This document shows, piece by piece, positions 46,082-55,548 of a stretch of 64,000 bases of DNA (position 1 is its first letter; every line of letters starts with the position of its first letter). This DNA is from Nanobdellota archaeon. GTDB lineage: Archaea > Nanobdellota > Nanobdellia > Parvarchaeales > Parvarchaeaceae. The notes beneath the pieces were generated by a model. It saw only the letters and a program-made list of their open reading frames with translations, made no database searches and was not told the DNA's origin. Where the stretch lies: assembly GCA_021799085.1 (NCBI GenBank), contig JAJZBD010000006.1, forward strand, positions 13,477 to 77,476, in the 5' to 3' direction. A program made the translations under genes and the position numbers.

Positions 46082-46500
46082 CCTAAGTCAACCTTAAAGC
46101 ACATTCCAGTAGCTAGAACTTGGTTTGGCTTGAAAGCATCGCACATGAAACTGACTGTATTAGATGACTGCGGACCGCTGTACTGACATGCAGTTGAATA
46201 ATAGCAGTAAAGGACTGCTCCGCAGCCTAATTTTATCTTGCTTGAGTTTACGGACGTGTAATTTTGCATGCATGTAGAAGAGTTTGCTGCTACTTCCCTT
46301 GTAAGTTCTTGACCGTATGCCGCTGCCTCTGCATCTAATTTTGCTAGGTCTTTTTGCTGAGATACATGATTCAACGAAACTGCTATAAAGTAAACAAGGA
46401 CTGCAATCACTACGAAAAATACTGCTGCCGCTATCAGCTGCTTGTTCACTCTTTTCTTTTCTCTTTCCTCTTTTTTTATTATCAACTTCATAAGTATCAC
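46078..46500 (-). CDS. Small membrane-anchored Cys-rich protein (hypothetical)
   Basis: 140 aa; K/E-rich N-terminus, one TM, extracytoplasmic domain with 8 Cys. Confidence 0.35.
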   Translation of the reverse strand: MILMKLIIKKEEREKKRVNKQLIAAAVFFVVIAVLVYFIAVSLNHVSQQKDLAKLDAEAAAYGQELTREVAANSSTCMQNYTSVNSSKIKLGCGAVLYCYYSTACQYSGPQSSNTVSFMCDAFKPNQVLATGMCFKVDLG

Positions 46501-46535
46501 TAGACTAATAAAGAAAACAAGAATTTATAAAACTA

Positions 46536-46578
46536 TAAAAAAACAAAAAAGACAAAAAGGGAGGAAAACCCCCCAACT
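46536..46578 (-). terminator. Putative oligo-T terminator downstream of the S-layer gene
   Basis: On the minus strand, GGGGGG...CCUCCC GC-rich hairpin-like element then T-runs immediately after the stop of 46600..49329. Confidence 0.3.
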
Positions 46579-46599
46579 TATTTCTTAATGTAAGGTTTT

Positions 46600-49329
46600 T
46601 CAGCTGCTGCTGTTCACTATCTTAACACCAGTATAGCTTGCGGTTGCGGTACTAAGGACTACCTTATTACCTGTCAATGGAACAACTGGCTGACCTATCA
46701 GCGACTCTGAAAGCACTTGTGCTGCCTCAAGAGTGTTGTTTCCGTAGTAACCTGCTACTAGCAATGCTGGCTGGTTGCCGAATTCTGAAACATTGTTGAA
46801 CAATTCAATCATTGCTTCATTTGGACCAACTCCTGTCTCGTTTATGAACTGCGAAAGTGGTGTGCTTGCAGTCATGTTAAGCAAGTCTCCTGCTAAGCTG
46901 TTAACTGCTGGACCTCCCATAACTATCACTGGAACGTCGTTTGTGCTTCCCACAAATTCAGTGTCAAGTATTGCCATGTTAGGGTTGCTGTCAACGCCTG
47001 AAGCGCTTATCGTTGAAACGCCGCTTATTCCCAACAGCTTACCTGCTGAAACAGTCTGTCCAATCGAGTAATTTGTAACTCCACTCACAACCTGTGAACC
47101 GGCTACTGCTAAAGTGTAGTTCTCTGTTGGTACCATTAGAGTCGCAGTTCCCTTACTTGACGCATTATCATATGTCTTTATTGAACCAGGGTAATTCACT
47201 TTGGTTCCCCACATGTCAGCAGACATGTTCTTTACGTCTGTAAAGTATGTCGTGAAGCTGTTAGAGTTTTCTCCGATTGGAATCGAAACTGTACTGCCAG
47301 TTGGTTCAGTATAAACAAGTGCATTGTTCGAAAAGGAAATGCTTCCCAGCTCTTTTGTCAAGCTAAGCTTGCTAATTGAAGCACCTTCATTGTTGTAAAT
47401 CGCGTTTACGCCTGGCAACATTGAATAAGTTGAGCTATTACCAGGAGCAAATGTCAAACTCGGGCCTGTAAGCACCGGTTCTATAACTTTAACTGTCTCA
47501 TGAGCAACCGTAGTAGTATTACTCGTTGAAGTTAACGTTATAGACACTAAGTTCAATGTCAAGTTGTATCCATCTAGATTGTATATTTTGCTAGTGTTTA
47601 TAGGTGTAGCTGTGGTTGGTGGCGTTGTACTGTTGTAAATTGCAAATACAGTAGCATTGTAGACTAAACCAGTACCTATTAAACTACCATTTACTCCAGG
47701 CTGGAAGTCTCCTTTAAACACAACTGGAGTAAAGTCAAACATGAAGTCTTTGCCATTTGGAAGCTCATATACGAAGTTAACTGTGTTTTTGTTTGGGTTG
47801 CTAACGACATTGTCTGCTGGACCACTAGTTTCATTGTAGTACACGTTTGCTGATCCATTAAGCTTTGTGCCAACGAACGTTGGTATTGATTTATAATAAT
47901 ACGTAGCGTGTGTTGGTGTCGGATAAATGTACTCAGATGAGCCATTTATGTAGTCTGGGTGCGAAAATGTTCCGTTATTGTAAACGCTGTAGTGTTCTAG
48001 ATAAAAGTCCGGTGAACTGTACAAGTTTGAAGGCGCAACCTGTGTTGATCCTCTAAAGTCGGTACCGAATGAAACACCCGGTAAGGCTTGTGAATAGTTC
48101 AAAGCGATTAGATTTTCTGATGTGCTATTAGTTAAACTAGCAGGCGTAAGTGTATCACTCTTAGCTGTACCCGTAGTAATCGTTAAATTTAGTCCCTCAT
48201 TGTACACGGGGGTTAAAGGCTCAAGGTCTAGTACTGTCAAGTTCTCAGGGAAGTTGAAAGTACTTACATTCTTGAAGTTGTAGTTAAGCATTCCACTCTT
48301 CGTGTTTGTCAATAGAAATGCATCGCTACTGTTGGTCACGTTCAATGTAGTCAAGCCAGAAAATGTGGCCGCGCTGTTATTTATCCTCTGTGTCAAGCTT
48401 ATGCTTGAAACTTCCAATGACTTAAGGAACTCTGTCCCATTTGAGTACTTGAACAAGCCAGTAGGTGTAAGAGTAACTGGACCTACTTTTGTGGCTACTC
48501 CAAGATTTATATACTGGGTTGCACCACCATTCACGCTAACCTCTACCTGACTCTCTGCAGGATCAGCTAAGTTTTGTACTCCACCCAATAAATCAACAGA
48601 ATTTCCTGCTACCGTCAAAACTGTAGGCATTGCTACAGAGGTAAATGATTCAGAAGCACCGAATGAGGCGTTGTCTTTATTTATTATGAGCAAAGAATCC
48701 TTTGCGTTTCCGAAGAAGAATGAGGCATTCGCTAAACCAACAGTATCATTTAATGGAACTGCATTTGTTAAGCCCAATGTTATTTTATTGCCGTTAGCGC
48801 TCCTATTGGTTATGAATGACTCTAATTCATAGCTACCAGCTGGAAGCTCCACGTTCAATCCATTAAATTCTGGAGCTTTCGAAGTAAATGTAAGGTTCTC
48901 TACAGATGTGTAATTTATACCCTTTGAAGTGAAGTTCTCAGCTGCTAAATTAATCGATGATGGGCTAAATCCAGTAAATGCCGTTGCGTTTGCTGCTAAA
49001 ACTGAAGAAGTCTGTGCCCTCGATTTCAATGCCAAAGTTCCTATTGATATCTGTCCACTGACTGTTGAAGAGTGAGTTGCTGCTGCAGCTGCTGATAATG
49101 CCGCTGATATGTCAATTGCACCCAATACGTCGGTTGGTTTTGCAGTTGCTCCAACTACGAAGACTGCGTTAACGTGTCCATTGCTAAGAAATGGATTTGC
49201 GCTTGTTGGGCCCAAATTTGATAGACCGGCTGCAAATACGCTTGCCATCCCTAATGTTGCTCCTAAGAAAAGAGCTCCTGTTGCTACTGCTGCTATTTTC
49301 TTTACATTCCTTACTAATTTCGCTTTCAT
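46600..49329 (-). CDS. S-layer-like cell-surface glycoprotein (secreted, sequon-rich)
   Basis: 909 aa; signal peptide MKAKLVRNVKKIAAVATGALFLGATLGMASVFA; >40 N-x-S/T sequons; T/S/N/G/V-rich beta composition; largest ORF in the window. Confidence 0.6.
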   Translation of the reverse strand: MKAKLVRNVKKIAAVATGALFLGATLGMASVFAAGLSNLGPTSANPFLSNGHVNAVFVVGATAKPTDVLGAIDISAALSAAAAATHSSTVSGQISIGTLALKSRAQTSSVLAANATAFTGFSPSSINLAAENFTSKGINYTSVENLTFTSKAPEFNGLNVELPAGSYELESFITNRSANGNKITLGLTNAVPLNDTVGLANASFFFGNAKDSLLIINKDNASFGASESFTSVAMPTVLTVAGNSVDLLGGVQNLADPAESQVEVSVNGGATQYINLGVATKVGPVTLTPTGLFKYSNGTEFLKSLEVSSISLTQRINNSAATFSGLTTLNVTNSSDAFLLTNTKSGMLNYNFKNVSTFNFPENLTVLDLEPLTPVYNEGLNLTITTGTAKSDTLTPASLTNSTSENLIALNYSQALPGVSFGTDFRGSTQVAPSNLYSSPDFYLEHYSVYNNGTFSHPDYINGSSEYIYPTPTHATYYYKSIPTFVGTKLNGSANVYYNETSGPADNVVSNPNKNTVNFVYELPNGKDFMFDFTPVVFKGDFQPGVNGSLIGTGLVYNATVFAIYNSTTPPTTATPINTSKIYNLDGYNLTLNLVSITLTSTSNTTTVAHETVKVIEPVLTGPSLTFAPGNSSTYSMLPGVNAIYNNEGASISKLSLTKELGSISFSNNALVYTEPTGSTVSIPIGENSNSFTTYFTDVKNMSADMWGTKVNYPGSIKTYDNASSKGTATLMVPTENYTLAVAGSQVVSGVTNYSIGQTVSAGKLLGISGVSTISASGVDSNPNMAILDTEFVGSTNDVPVIVMGGPAVNSLAGDLLNMTASTPLSQFINETGVGPNEAMIELFNNVSEFGNQPALLVAGYYGNNTLEAAQVLSESLIGQPVVPLTGNKVVLSTATASYTGVKIVNSSS

Positions 49330-49505
49330 GTTTACCTCACATTTTACTCGGACTTAACTTATTTTAAGTGTCTAAGGCTTTGATGCCTTAACGATTTAAT
49401 AAATTAGGTATTTAAAAAGGTTTCTATTTTTATTCTTTACCAATTTTGAGTGAAAAATACTTTATTTTTCACTTGCATTGACATCGAATAAAGGCAAAAA
49501 GCCAT

Positions 49506-49934
49506 TTACTTTTTCTCAATCTGCTTTTTTAATTCCTCTAACTGCTGTGAAAGCAAAATCGTTTGGCCGGAAAAAATCTTTATCCTTTGGTCCATCTCAT
49601 TCATCCTTCCCGAAAGGTCGTTTAATAATGCCTGCAAGTCCGTAATGGAAAGCTTCGTGTCCTTTGTCGTTAACACTTCTATTGAAGAGGGAGCATAATC
49701 CATTACAAAACCGAATAAGTCTACAACATTACCTTTGATCTTAAAGTCTGCAAAAGATGAATAGAAGCCGTCCTTTACTTCCTGCGGCTCTGCGTATTTT
49801 TCCTCCTTTATTTCTAATTTCTTTCCGTTTTCCTCAATGTTTGAAAGTATTTTTTTCAATGAATCAATCACTGCCTCTTTCGGCTTCCCAAGCAGCTCTA
49901 TCGTGCATTTTAGTTCTATATCATCTTCTGCCAT
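49506..49934 (-). CDS. Hypothetical protein with C-terminal coiled coil
   Basis: 142 aa; no recognised domain. Confidence 0.3.
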   Translation of the reverse strand: MAEDDIELKCTIELLGKPKEAVIDSLKKILSNIEENGKKLEIKEEKYAEPQEVKDGFYSSFADFKIKGNVVDLFGFVMDYAPSSIEVLTTKDTKLSITDLQALLNDLSGRMNEMDQRIKIFSGQTILLSQQLEELKKQIEKK

Positions 49935-50002
49935 GTTTATTTTAAATTAGCAACCTATTTAACATTTTTACTTGCTTTTTTTATTGTTGATGAAAACAAA
50001 AA

Positions 50003-50734
50003 TCATCGCAAACCTTGAATGGAAAGCTTTATTTCATTTAACATGATTTCAGCATCTGGCTGGTATAAAATGTCTATGCTCTCTTTTCTATAATACTTTA
50101 TGTTCTTGAGCATAAACTCAATTTGATTAACGGCGTAAGAGAATAAATCGATTTTATTCAGCTTACCTATTTTCTTTATGTATTCCTTATATCTATTCTT
50201 GTTTTCCAACACCTTAAATCCCCTCCATAAATCATATATGTCTTTTAGCATGTTCCTATCTGCCAATGCAAACGTTTTTTCAGCCATCAAATATTCGAGG
50301 CTGTATGAGGGAACAGCTAATGGCGGAATTAAATAACCAAGATAATAGAGTAAATCAAACAATTCTCTCTTTTCTGGCATCTCCAAAATTTCCTTGCTTT
50401 TGACGCCCCATATATCTATGTCAACGCCTTTGAATCTGAACTTGCACCTTTCTCTTTCATTGGATTTGCTTACAAGTACTGCTCCGAGCTTTGATATAAA
50501 ATCAAATGTTTCCTTGTAATTATAGCTAAACAAATCTATGTCATACGATAATCTTTGATATTTTCCAAAGTATATTTTGTTTAAGGCCGTTCCGCCATAA
50601 AGCCCTATGTTCTGATTGCTAATTTCAAGCTTTGGAAACAGTTCAGACATTACAGAATAAGTAGCTAAATCATCTTTTATTCGGGTAGAAGATATGCCTG
50701 TTTGTATTGCTATTTTATCCGCATCAAATTCCAT
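50003..50734 (-). CDS. AbiEii/AbiGii-family nucleotidyltransferase toxin (DUF1814), type IV TA/abortive infection
   Basis: 243 aa; LYGGTALNKIYFGKYQRLSYDIDLF matches the AbiEii GGTAL...R.S.DID signature. Confidence 0.6.
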   Translation of the reverse strand: MEFDADKIAIQTGISSTRIKDDLATYSVMSELFPKLEISNQNIGLYGGTALNKIYFGKYQRLSYDIDLFSYNYKETFDFISKLGAVLVSKSNERERCKFRFKGVDIDIWGVKSKEILEMPEKRELFDLLYYLGYLIPPLAVPSYSLEYLMAEKTFALADRNMLKDIYDLWRGFKVLENKNRYKEYIKKIGKLNKIDLFSYAVNQIEFMLKNIKYYRKESIDILYQPDAEIMLNEIKLSIQGLR

Positions 50735-51446
50735 TTTTCCACCTCCTCAAATTCAAGCTGTCAAATATTTTCCATTCTTTGTTGTAATTTGTGAAGCTAT
50801 GGTTAAACAAAAACGAAGGGCCGTTCTTGCTGTCGCTTATTGCTTTGATTTCTCTAATAAATTCTGCAGGCGCTATCCCTTCCAGTACATAACCTGCGCG
50901 CCTTACAACAGAAATGTTTGAATGCTTCACATAAGAAAAAAATTCCGCCCATTCCTCATTCTTCGTTTTCCTGTTGTTCAAAGCAACAAAAATTGATTGG
51001 AAGTCTGCATACTTTACTTTGTAGAGCATGTCAAAGAGGGTCTTCGGAAATGTTGAAACCAGTATCTCATTTCCATCTAATATCACTGACTGGGTTCCAT
51101 AAAAATGGTTTTTAATATTCACGTTTATTATTTTCTTGTCCAAGACCTTTATTGGTAAGTGATTTTTATAGGAGCACACATAAATTGTTCCCATTGTTTC
51201 GGTTTTCAACCCTAATAGATACAAAGCAGATGAAAATCCAATGTATCCGTTGAAGAACCTGCTTGCAATGTAAAACGGGTTATGGCTTTTTGAGTATATC
51301 CCCTTGCTAATCTTTATTATCTCTCCCTTTTTTTCCAGTTCCTTCAAAGCGTAATAAATTCTCTTGTAGCTTATTTTATTTTTTGACTTTAGAGAGCTTA
51401 AATTGAACATTTCTGGTAGATTTTCTTTGTTGATTAATTTTTGCAT
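50724..51446 (-). CDS. AbiEi-like antitoxin/transcriptional regulator (wHTH)
   Basis: 240 aa; N-terminal wHTH (ISYKRIYYALKELEKKGEIIKISKGIY); immediately upstream of the AbiEii-like gene with an 11-nt overlap. Confidence 0.5.
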   Translation of the reverse strand: MQKLINKENLPEMFNLSSLKSKNKISYKRIYYALKELEKKGEIIKISKGIYSKSHNPFYIASRFFNGYIGFSSALYLLGLKTETMGTIYVCSYKNHLPIKVLDKKIINVNIKNHFYGTQSVILDGNEILVSTFPKTLFDMLYKVKYADFQSIFVALNNRKTKNEEWAEFFSYVKHSNISVVRRAGYVLEGIAPAEFIREIKAISDSKNGPSFLFNHSFTNYNKEWKIFDSLNLRRWKNGI

Positions 51447-51571
51447 AAATTACCTTTTTTGTCATTATAAAGAATAATAATCAATGTATATTTAAAAACT
51501 TTCTATCCACAAAAATCTAGTTACTATACTAAATAACGTAAATTTTTATATGTAGACTTTCAAATTATAGC

Positions 51572-52129
51572 ATGGATGATGACAAGATAGAAGCTCTTTT
51601 TAAGGAAGTTCTAAAGGAAATCGGTATTCAGGAAGGCACAGAAGTATTGAAGAATACTCCAAAAAGGATCGCTAGAGCTTACAAGGAAATATTTGCAGGA
51701 ATGGATGACGGCAATGAACCTAAGATAACACTTTTTAAAAACCCTGGCTACAACGACATACTTGCAGTAAAAGATATTCCATTCTATTCAATGTGCGAGC
51801 ACCATCTTCTGCCTTTCTTTGGAACAGTATCGATAGCATACATACCTGGAGATGAAATCTTGGGCCTGTCAAAGTTTCCAAGGATAACGAAGTTCTTTGC
51901 GGCTAAGCCGCAGGTACAGGAAAGACTGACAAAGGAAATAGCTAATTTTGTAAGTGAAAAAGTCAAAGCAAAAGGCGTTCTTGTAATAATAAAAGCAAGG
52001 CACATGTGCATGGAGATGCGCGGTGTCAAATCGTTAAATGCAGAGACCAGAAGCTCTGCTATCCGAGGAGTATTCAAGGAGAGCAAGGAAACAAGAGAGG
52101 AAGCTCTAAAACTTTTATTGGAAGGTTAG
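51572..52129 (+). CDS. folE: GTP cyclohydrolase I (FolE, type 1)
   Basis: 185 aa; T-fold; zinc/active-site CEHHLLPF motif; HMCMEMRGV motif. Confidence 0.9.
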   Translation: MDDDKIEALFKEVLKEIGIQEGTEVLKNTPKRIARAYKEIFAGMDDGNEPKITLFKNPGYNDILAVKDIPFYSMCEHHLLPFFGTVSIAYIPGDEILGLSKFPRITKFFAAKPQVQERLTKEIANFVSEKVKAKGVLVIIKARHMCMEMRGVKSLNAETRSSAIRGVFKESKETREEALKLLLEG

Positions 52130-52645
52130 ATGTCAATCAACGTAGCAGTTTACATGCATGTCTCAATTAATGGCATGATCGCTAGATTGGACAACAGCGA
52201 TTTTTCATCTGAGCTTGCCAGATCTGATTTCCTAAAGACGATTAAAAGGTACAAGGTAAATGTCATAGGCAGAAACACCTTTAACACAGCTTCAAAAAGC
52301 AATGGTTTTCCTTTGGATGGATTGAATATAGTCGTAACTAAACACGGGATAAAGCTGAAAAAGGAATGGAAAAATGTTATAGTAACTGACAAAAAGCCAA
52401 AAGAGATAATAAAAATAATAGAAAGCAGGGGTTACAAAAATGCGATGGTTGCAGGAGGAAAGCTGGCCACAAGCTTTTTGAAGGAAGGCCTGGTAAACGA
52501 AATTTATCTAAATGTAGAACCCATTGTTTTCGGCAAAGGCATCCCAATATTTGCAAACGAAAACTTTGAAAAGAACCTTAGGCTGTTGCAGGTAAAAAAG
52601 TTTTCAAAGAACGAAGTCAGACTGCACTACAAGGTCTTGAATTAG
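52130..52645 (+). CDS. Dihydrofolate-reductase-family / RibD C-terminal-domain reductase
   Basis: 171 aa; RibD_C/DHFR-like pattern (AVYMHVSINGMIA...IGRNTF...AMVAGG); directly abuts folE. Confidence 0.72.
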   Translation: MSINVAVYMHVSINGMIARLDNSDFSSELARSDFLKTIKRYKVNVIGRNTFNTASKSNGFPLDGLNIVVTKHGIKLKKEWKNVIVTDKKPKEIIKIIESRGYKNAMVAGGKLATSFLKEGLVNEIYLNVEPIVFGKGIPIFANENFEKNLRLLQVKKFSKNEVRLHYKVLN

Positions 52646-52685
52646 AATAAAGATAATAACGTAAGACTGGTATATTTAGAATGTA

Positions 52686-52770
52686 TGCGATACACTTATT
52701 TCAACAAAATTAATGTATCATGATACACTAATTTTATATGGGCTCATTTAATCTCTAAAATACACTTTTC
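52686..52770. repeat. Three direct copies of (G)ATACACT(T/A)ATTT spaced ~33-38 bp upstream of the second MNT/HEPN locus
   Basis: gatacacttattt (52689), gatacactaatttt (52722), aatacactttt (52759). Confidence 0.3.
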
Positions 52771-52885
52771 ACGGAATTAGCGTATATTTACATACTTCTG
52801 TCTATTTGGCAACAAAAAGAATATAAACATGCAAGCAGACCACTGCTGGAGGGTAAGAAGGAATATGTTTAGTTAATATAAACAT

Positions 52886-53479
52886 ATGATTAATAAATAT
52901 AAACACATGTTTATGTATTTAGATATATTAAATTTACTGTTTTCAAACTACAATGCACTAATAAATGTAAGAGAAGTAACGAGGAAACTAAAATTGAATC
53001 CGGCTACAGCAAGTTTATTAGTTAAAGAGTTATATGACCGTGGTCTAATAAAATACGCTGAAAGTGGCCGTTCAAAAATATTAAAGCTTAACATTGAAAA
53101 TAGTGAGTTGATAGACTTCTTATCCATTGCAGAGACCTACAAAAAAATCAAGTTTATAGATCAGTTTTCCTTTAACCAGTTTTTCAAGATATTGAAATTT
53201 GATGAGAATTTGGACATTGTAATTATATTTGGTAGCTATGCAAGAGGTGATTATTCAAAAGACAGCGACTTAGACCTTCTTGTTATTTCAAAACATAAAG
53301 AGCAGTTACCATCATACGTTTTGCCCATTAAATTGCATGAGATAAGCATGACAAAAGAAACGTTTCTAGAAAACCTTGAAAATGGAAATGAAGTTATTAA
53401 AGAGATAATAAAAAACCACATAACAATAAAGGGAGCAGAGACGTTCTTACAAACTATAGTTAAAAACTATGGAAACTAA
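52886..53479 (+). CDS. Winged-HTH + MNT nucleotidyltransferase domain protein (second copy)
   Basis: 197 aa; NTase motif IIFGSYARGDYSKDSDLDLLVI; N-terminal HTH-like LKLNPATASLLVKELYDRGLIKYAESGRSKIL; alternative starts at M8/M10. Confidence 0.65.
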   Translation: MINKYKHMFMYLDILNLLFSNYNALINVREVTRKLKLNPATASLLVKELYDRGLIKYAESGRSKILKLNIENSELIDFLSIAETYKKIKFIDQFSFNQFFKILKFDENLDIVIIFGSYARGDYSKDSDLDLLVISKHKEQLPSYVLPIKLHEISMTKETFLENLENGNEVIKEIIKNHITIKGAETFLQTIVKNYGN

Positions 53480-53941
53480 AATCATTTGGTGCTTTAAAAA
53501 GGCAGGTACAAAGATAATAGACCCAAACGAGAACATGCAGTCGTCTTTCACGAAATTGGCCATTCAAACATTGAAATCTGCTGAAATAACACTTAACCAG
53601 AAAGATTTTGTGTGGGCTACATCGATGATATACTACGCAGAATATTATGCACTTTATTCTTTGCTGTTAAAGATAGGAATAAAATGCGAAAATCATGAAT
53701 GTTCACTTGAAATTGCCGATTTCTTACAGGGAAATTAATTAATTTTGAAGGCATAAAAAGAGCTAAGAAACTTAGAATAGACGCACAATATTATTCGAAG
53801 ACAGAGAATGACGATGAATTACAAAAAGAGCTTAAAAATGCTAAAACCATCGTAAATGATATTATTAATATAATTAGCAAACCCAGCGCCAAGGAAATAA
53901 AAGAATACAGAAACAGATTATTAAAGCTAATTGAAAGTTGA
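53469..53941 (+). pseudogene. HEPN domain gene disrupted by a frameshift near 53736 (paralog of 34154..34567)
   Basis: Frame 0 gives ...NHECSLEIADFLQGN*; +2 frame continues INFEGIKRAKKLRIDAQYYSKTENDDELQKELKNAKTIVNDI..., colinear with the C-terminus of the intact HEPN; shift at gggaaattaattaatttt. Confidence 0.5.
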
Positions 53942-54048
53942 AAATATAGAGTACGACGCTAATTTCTATTTAAGGCGTATTTTCAAAGCAAAACTTGGTA
54001 CATTTAGTTTAATAAAATTAATTTATCGTAATACATTGAGTGGGTTGT

Positions 54049-55272
54049 TCATTTAATCTTTAGAAGCCATTTCCATAATGGAATAAACTTAACCTTCTTT
54101 CCTTCTATTTTTTCCTCTGCTTCGTAGTCCCAGGTTATGACCAAGAGATTATTGCAATGTAGGTCTTCGGAAGCAATGATAAGATTCTTTATTTCTCTTT
54201 CATTTATAGCTTGTCTATCTGGTGCATATATAACTTGTATTAGCTCTGTGATTTTACTCCTATCTTTCAATACAAAGTCAACTTCTCTTTGCTGGTAATC
54301 TTTCCAATAAAAAACATCATAATCCTCTTTTTGTCTTAACAATTCTAGAAAAACTATGTTCTCCATCTGTCTCCCATACTCATTTTTGCCGGAAGTATTG
54401 ACAAAACCATTATCATTCAGATATACTTTTTTAACAGACAAAGAAGATTTTCTCAATGAATACGAAAAGCGCGGGACGAAAAAACAGAAAAAAGCGTCCT
54501 CAAATAATTGTACATATGAGTATACACTCTTTTGACTCACATGTATGCCCATACTTTTTAGGGTTTTGTATTGTTTGCTTATTGAGAACTCTTTCCCAAA
54601 TGCGGACAAAATTGAGTTCATAATAATCTTTACGACTGGTATGTTTCTTATTCCAAACCTTTCGGTTAAATCCTTAAAGACCACTAAATCCAGATACTGC
54701 CTAAAGAACTGTACGGGTCTTGCATTACCGAACACTATGTCTGGAAACCCGCCGTTGGCTAGATAATTTGATAGTTCATACTTTATGCTGCTGCTCCTTT
54801 CACTCGACAGGGGTGGCAAGAAATCTATACTCTTTGTTCTTAGCAACTCCTTAAAAGATAATGGAAGAACCATTAATGGCAGAGATCTTCCACGCAACGA
54901 AGTCGCTATTTCCTTGCTAAGTAATTTAGACGAAGAACCTGTGATGACTATTTTATATCGTTTTTTCTCGAAAAGAGTGTAGACAAAACGTTCCCAGTCT
55001 TTCAAATTTTGAACTTCATCTAAAAATAGATAAGTAGGCTCTCTGCCATATATCTCCTTTGATAAATATGGTAACTTTAATAGTTCTTCCCGCCTAAAAC
55101 TTATAGTTTCCTCATCTTCGAAGTTTATAAATAAATACTCCTCTGGTTTAAGTGATTTTTCTTTTATAAATTCAAAAATTAAGTAGGTTTTCCCTGCACG
55201 CCTAGGCCCTATTATAGTGGTAATAAAATTTATAGTAGGTTCTAATTTTAGCCCACGAACCTTTACATCCAA
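54049..55272 (-). CDS. AAA-family ATPase with DUF4143 C-terminal domain
   Basis: 407 aa; Walker A GPRRAGKT; Walker B LFLDEVQ; C-terminal DUF4143-like region. Confidence 0.72.
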   Translation of the reverse strand: MDVKVRGLKLEPTINFITTIIGPRRAGKTYLIFEFIKEKSLKPEEYLFINFEDEETISFRREELLKLPYLSKEIYGREPTYLFLDEVQNLKDWERFVYTLFEKKRYKIVITGSSSKLLSKEIATSLRGRSLPLMVLPLSFKELLRTKSIDFLPPLSSERSSSIKYELSNYLANGGFPDIVFGNARPVQFFRQYLDLVVFKDLTERFGIRNIPVVKIIMNSILSAFGKEFSISKQYKTLKSMGIHVSQKSVYSYVQLFEDAFFCFFVPRFSYSLRKSSLSVKKVYLNDNGFVNTSGKNEYGRQMENIVFLELLRQKEDYDVFYWKDYQQREVDFVLKDRSKITELIQVIYAPDRQAINEREIKNLIIASEDLHCNNLLVITWDYEAEEKIEGKKVKFIPLWKWLLKIK

Positions 55273-55548
55273 TGAACCAATGTCCTGCTTTTTGTTAGGA
55301 TATAGGTTTTTATATCCATAGTAGTATGGGGGGGGTAATGATTATATTTAAAGTTTACCCCTATAATTAGGTATTTCCCTTAGAGATTTCTTAAACAGGG
55401 AAACTACTTAGATATTATGTCCCCTTATAAATTCAATATATCTACCTTATGTGCTATCTAGAAACGCCAAACCGGAGTTAAGGTAGAATCTTTCATTTTT
55501 TATTGAAATACTTAGGAGTATTTGAAATTGAAATCACCACACTGAAAA

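Noticed and set aside
52800-52830. Partial copy of the tRNA-Gly 5' end (tctgtctatttggcaac vs gctagactattggcgc) as the other island boundary
   Set aside because: Only ~10 matching nt in AT-rich DNA; too weak to call an att repeat without statistics.
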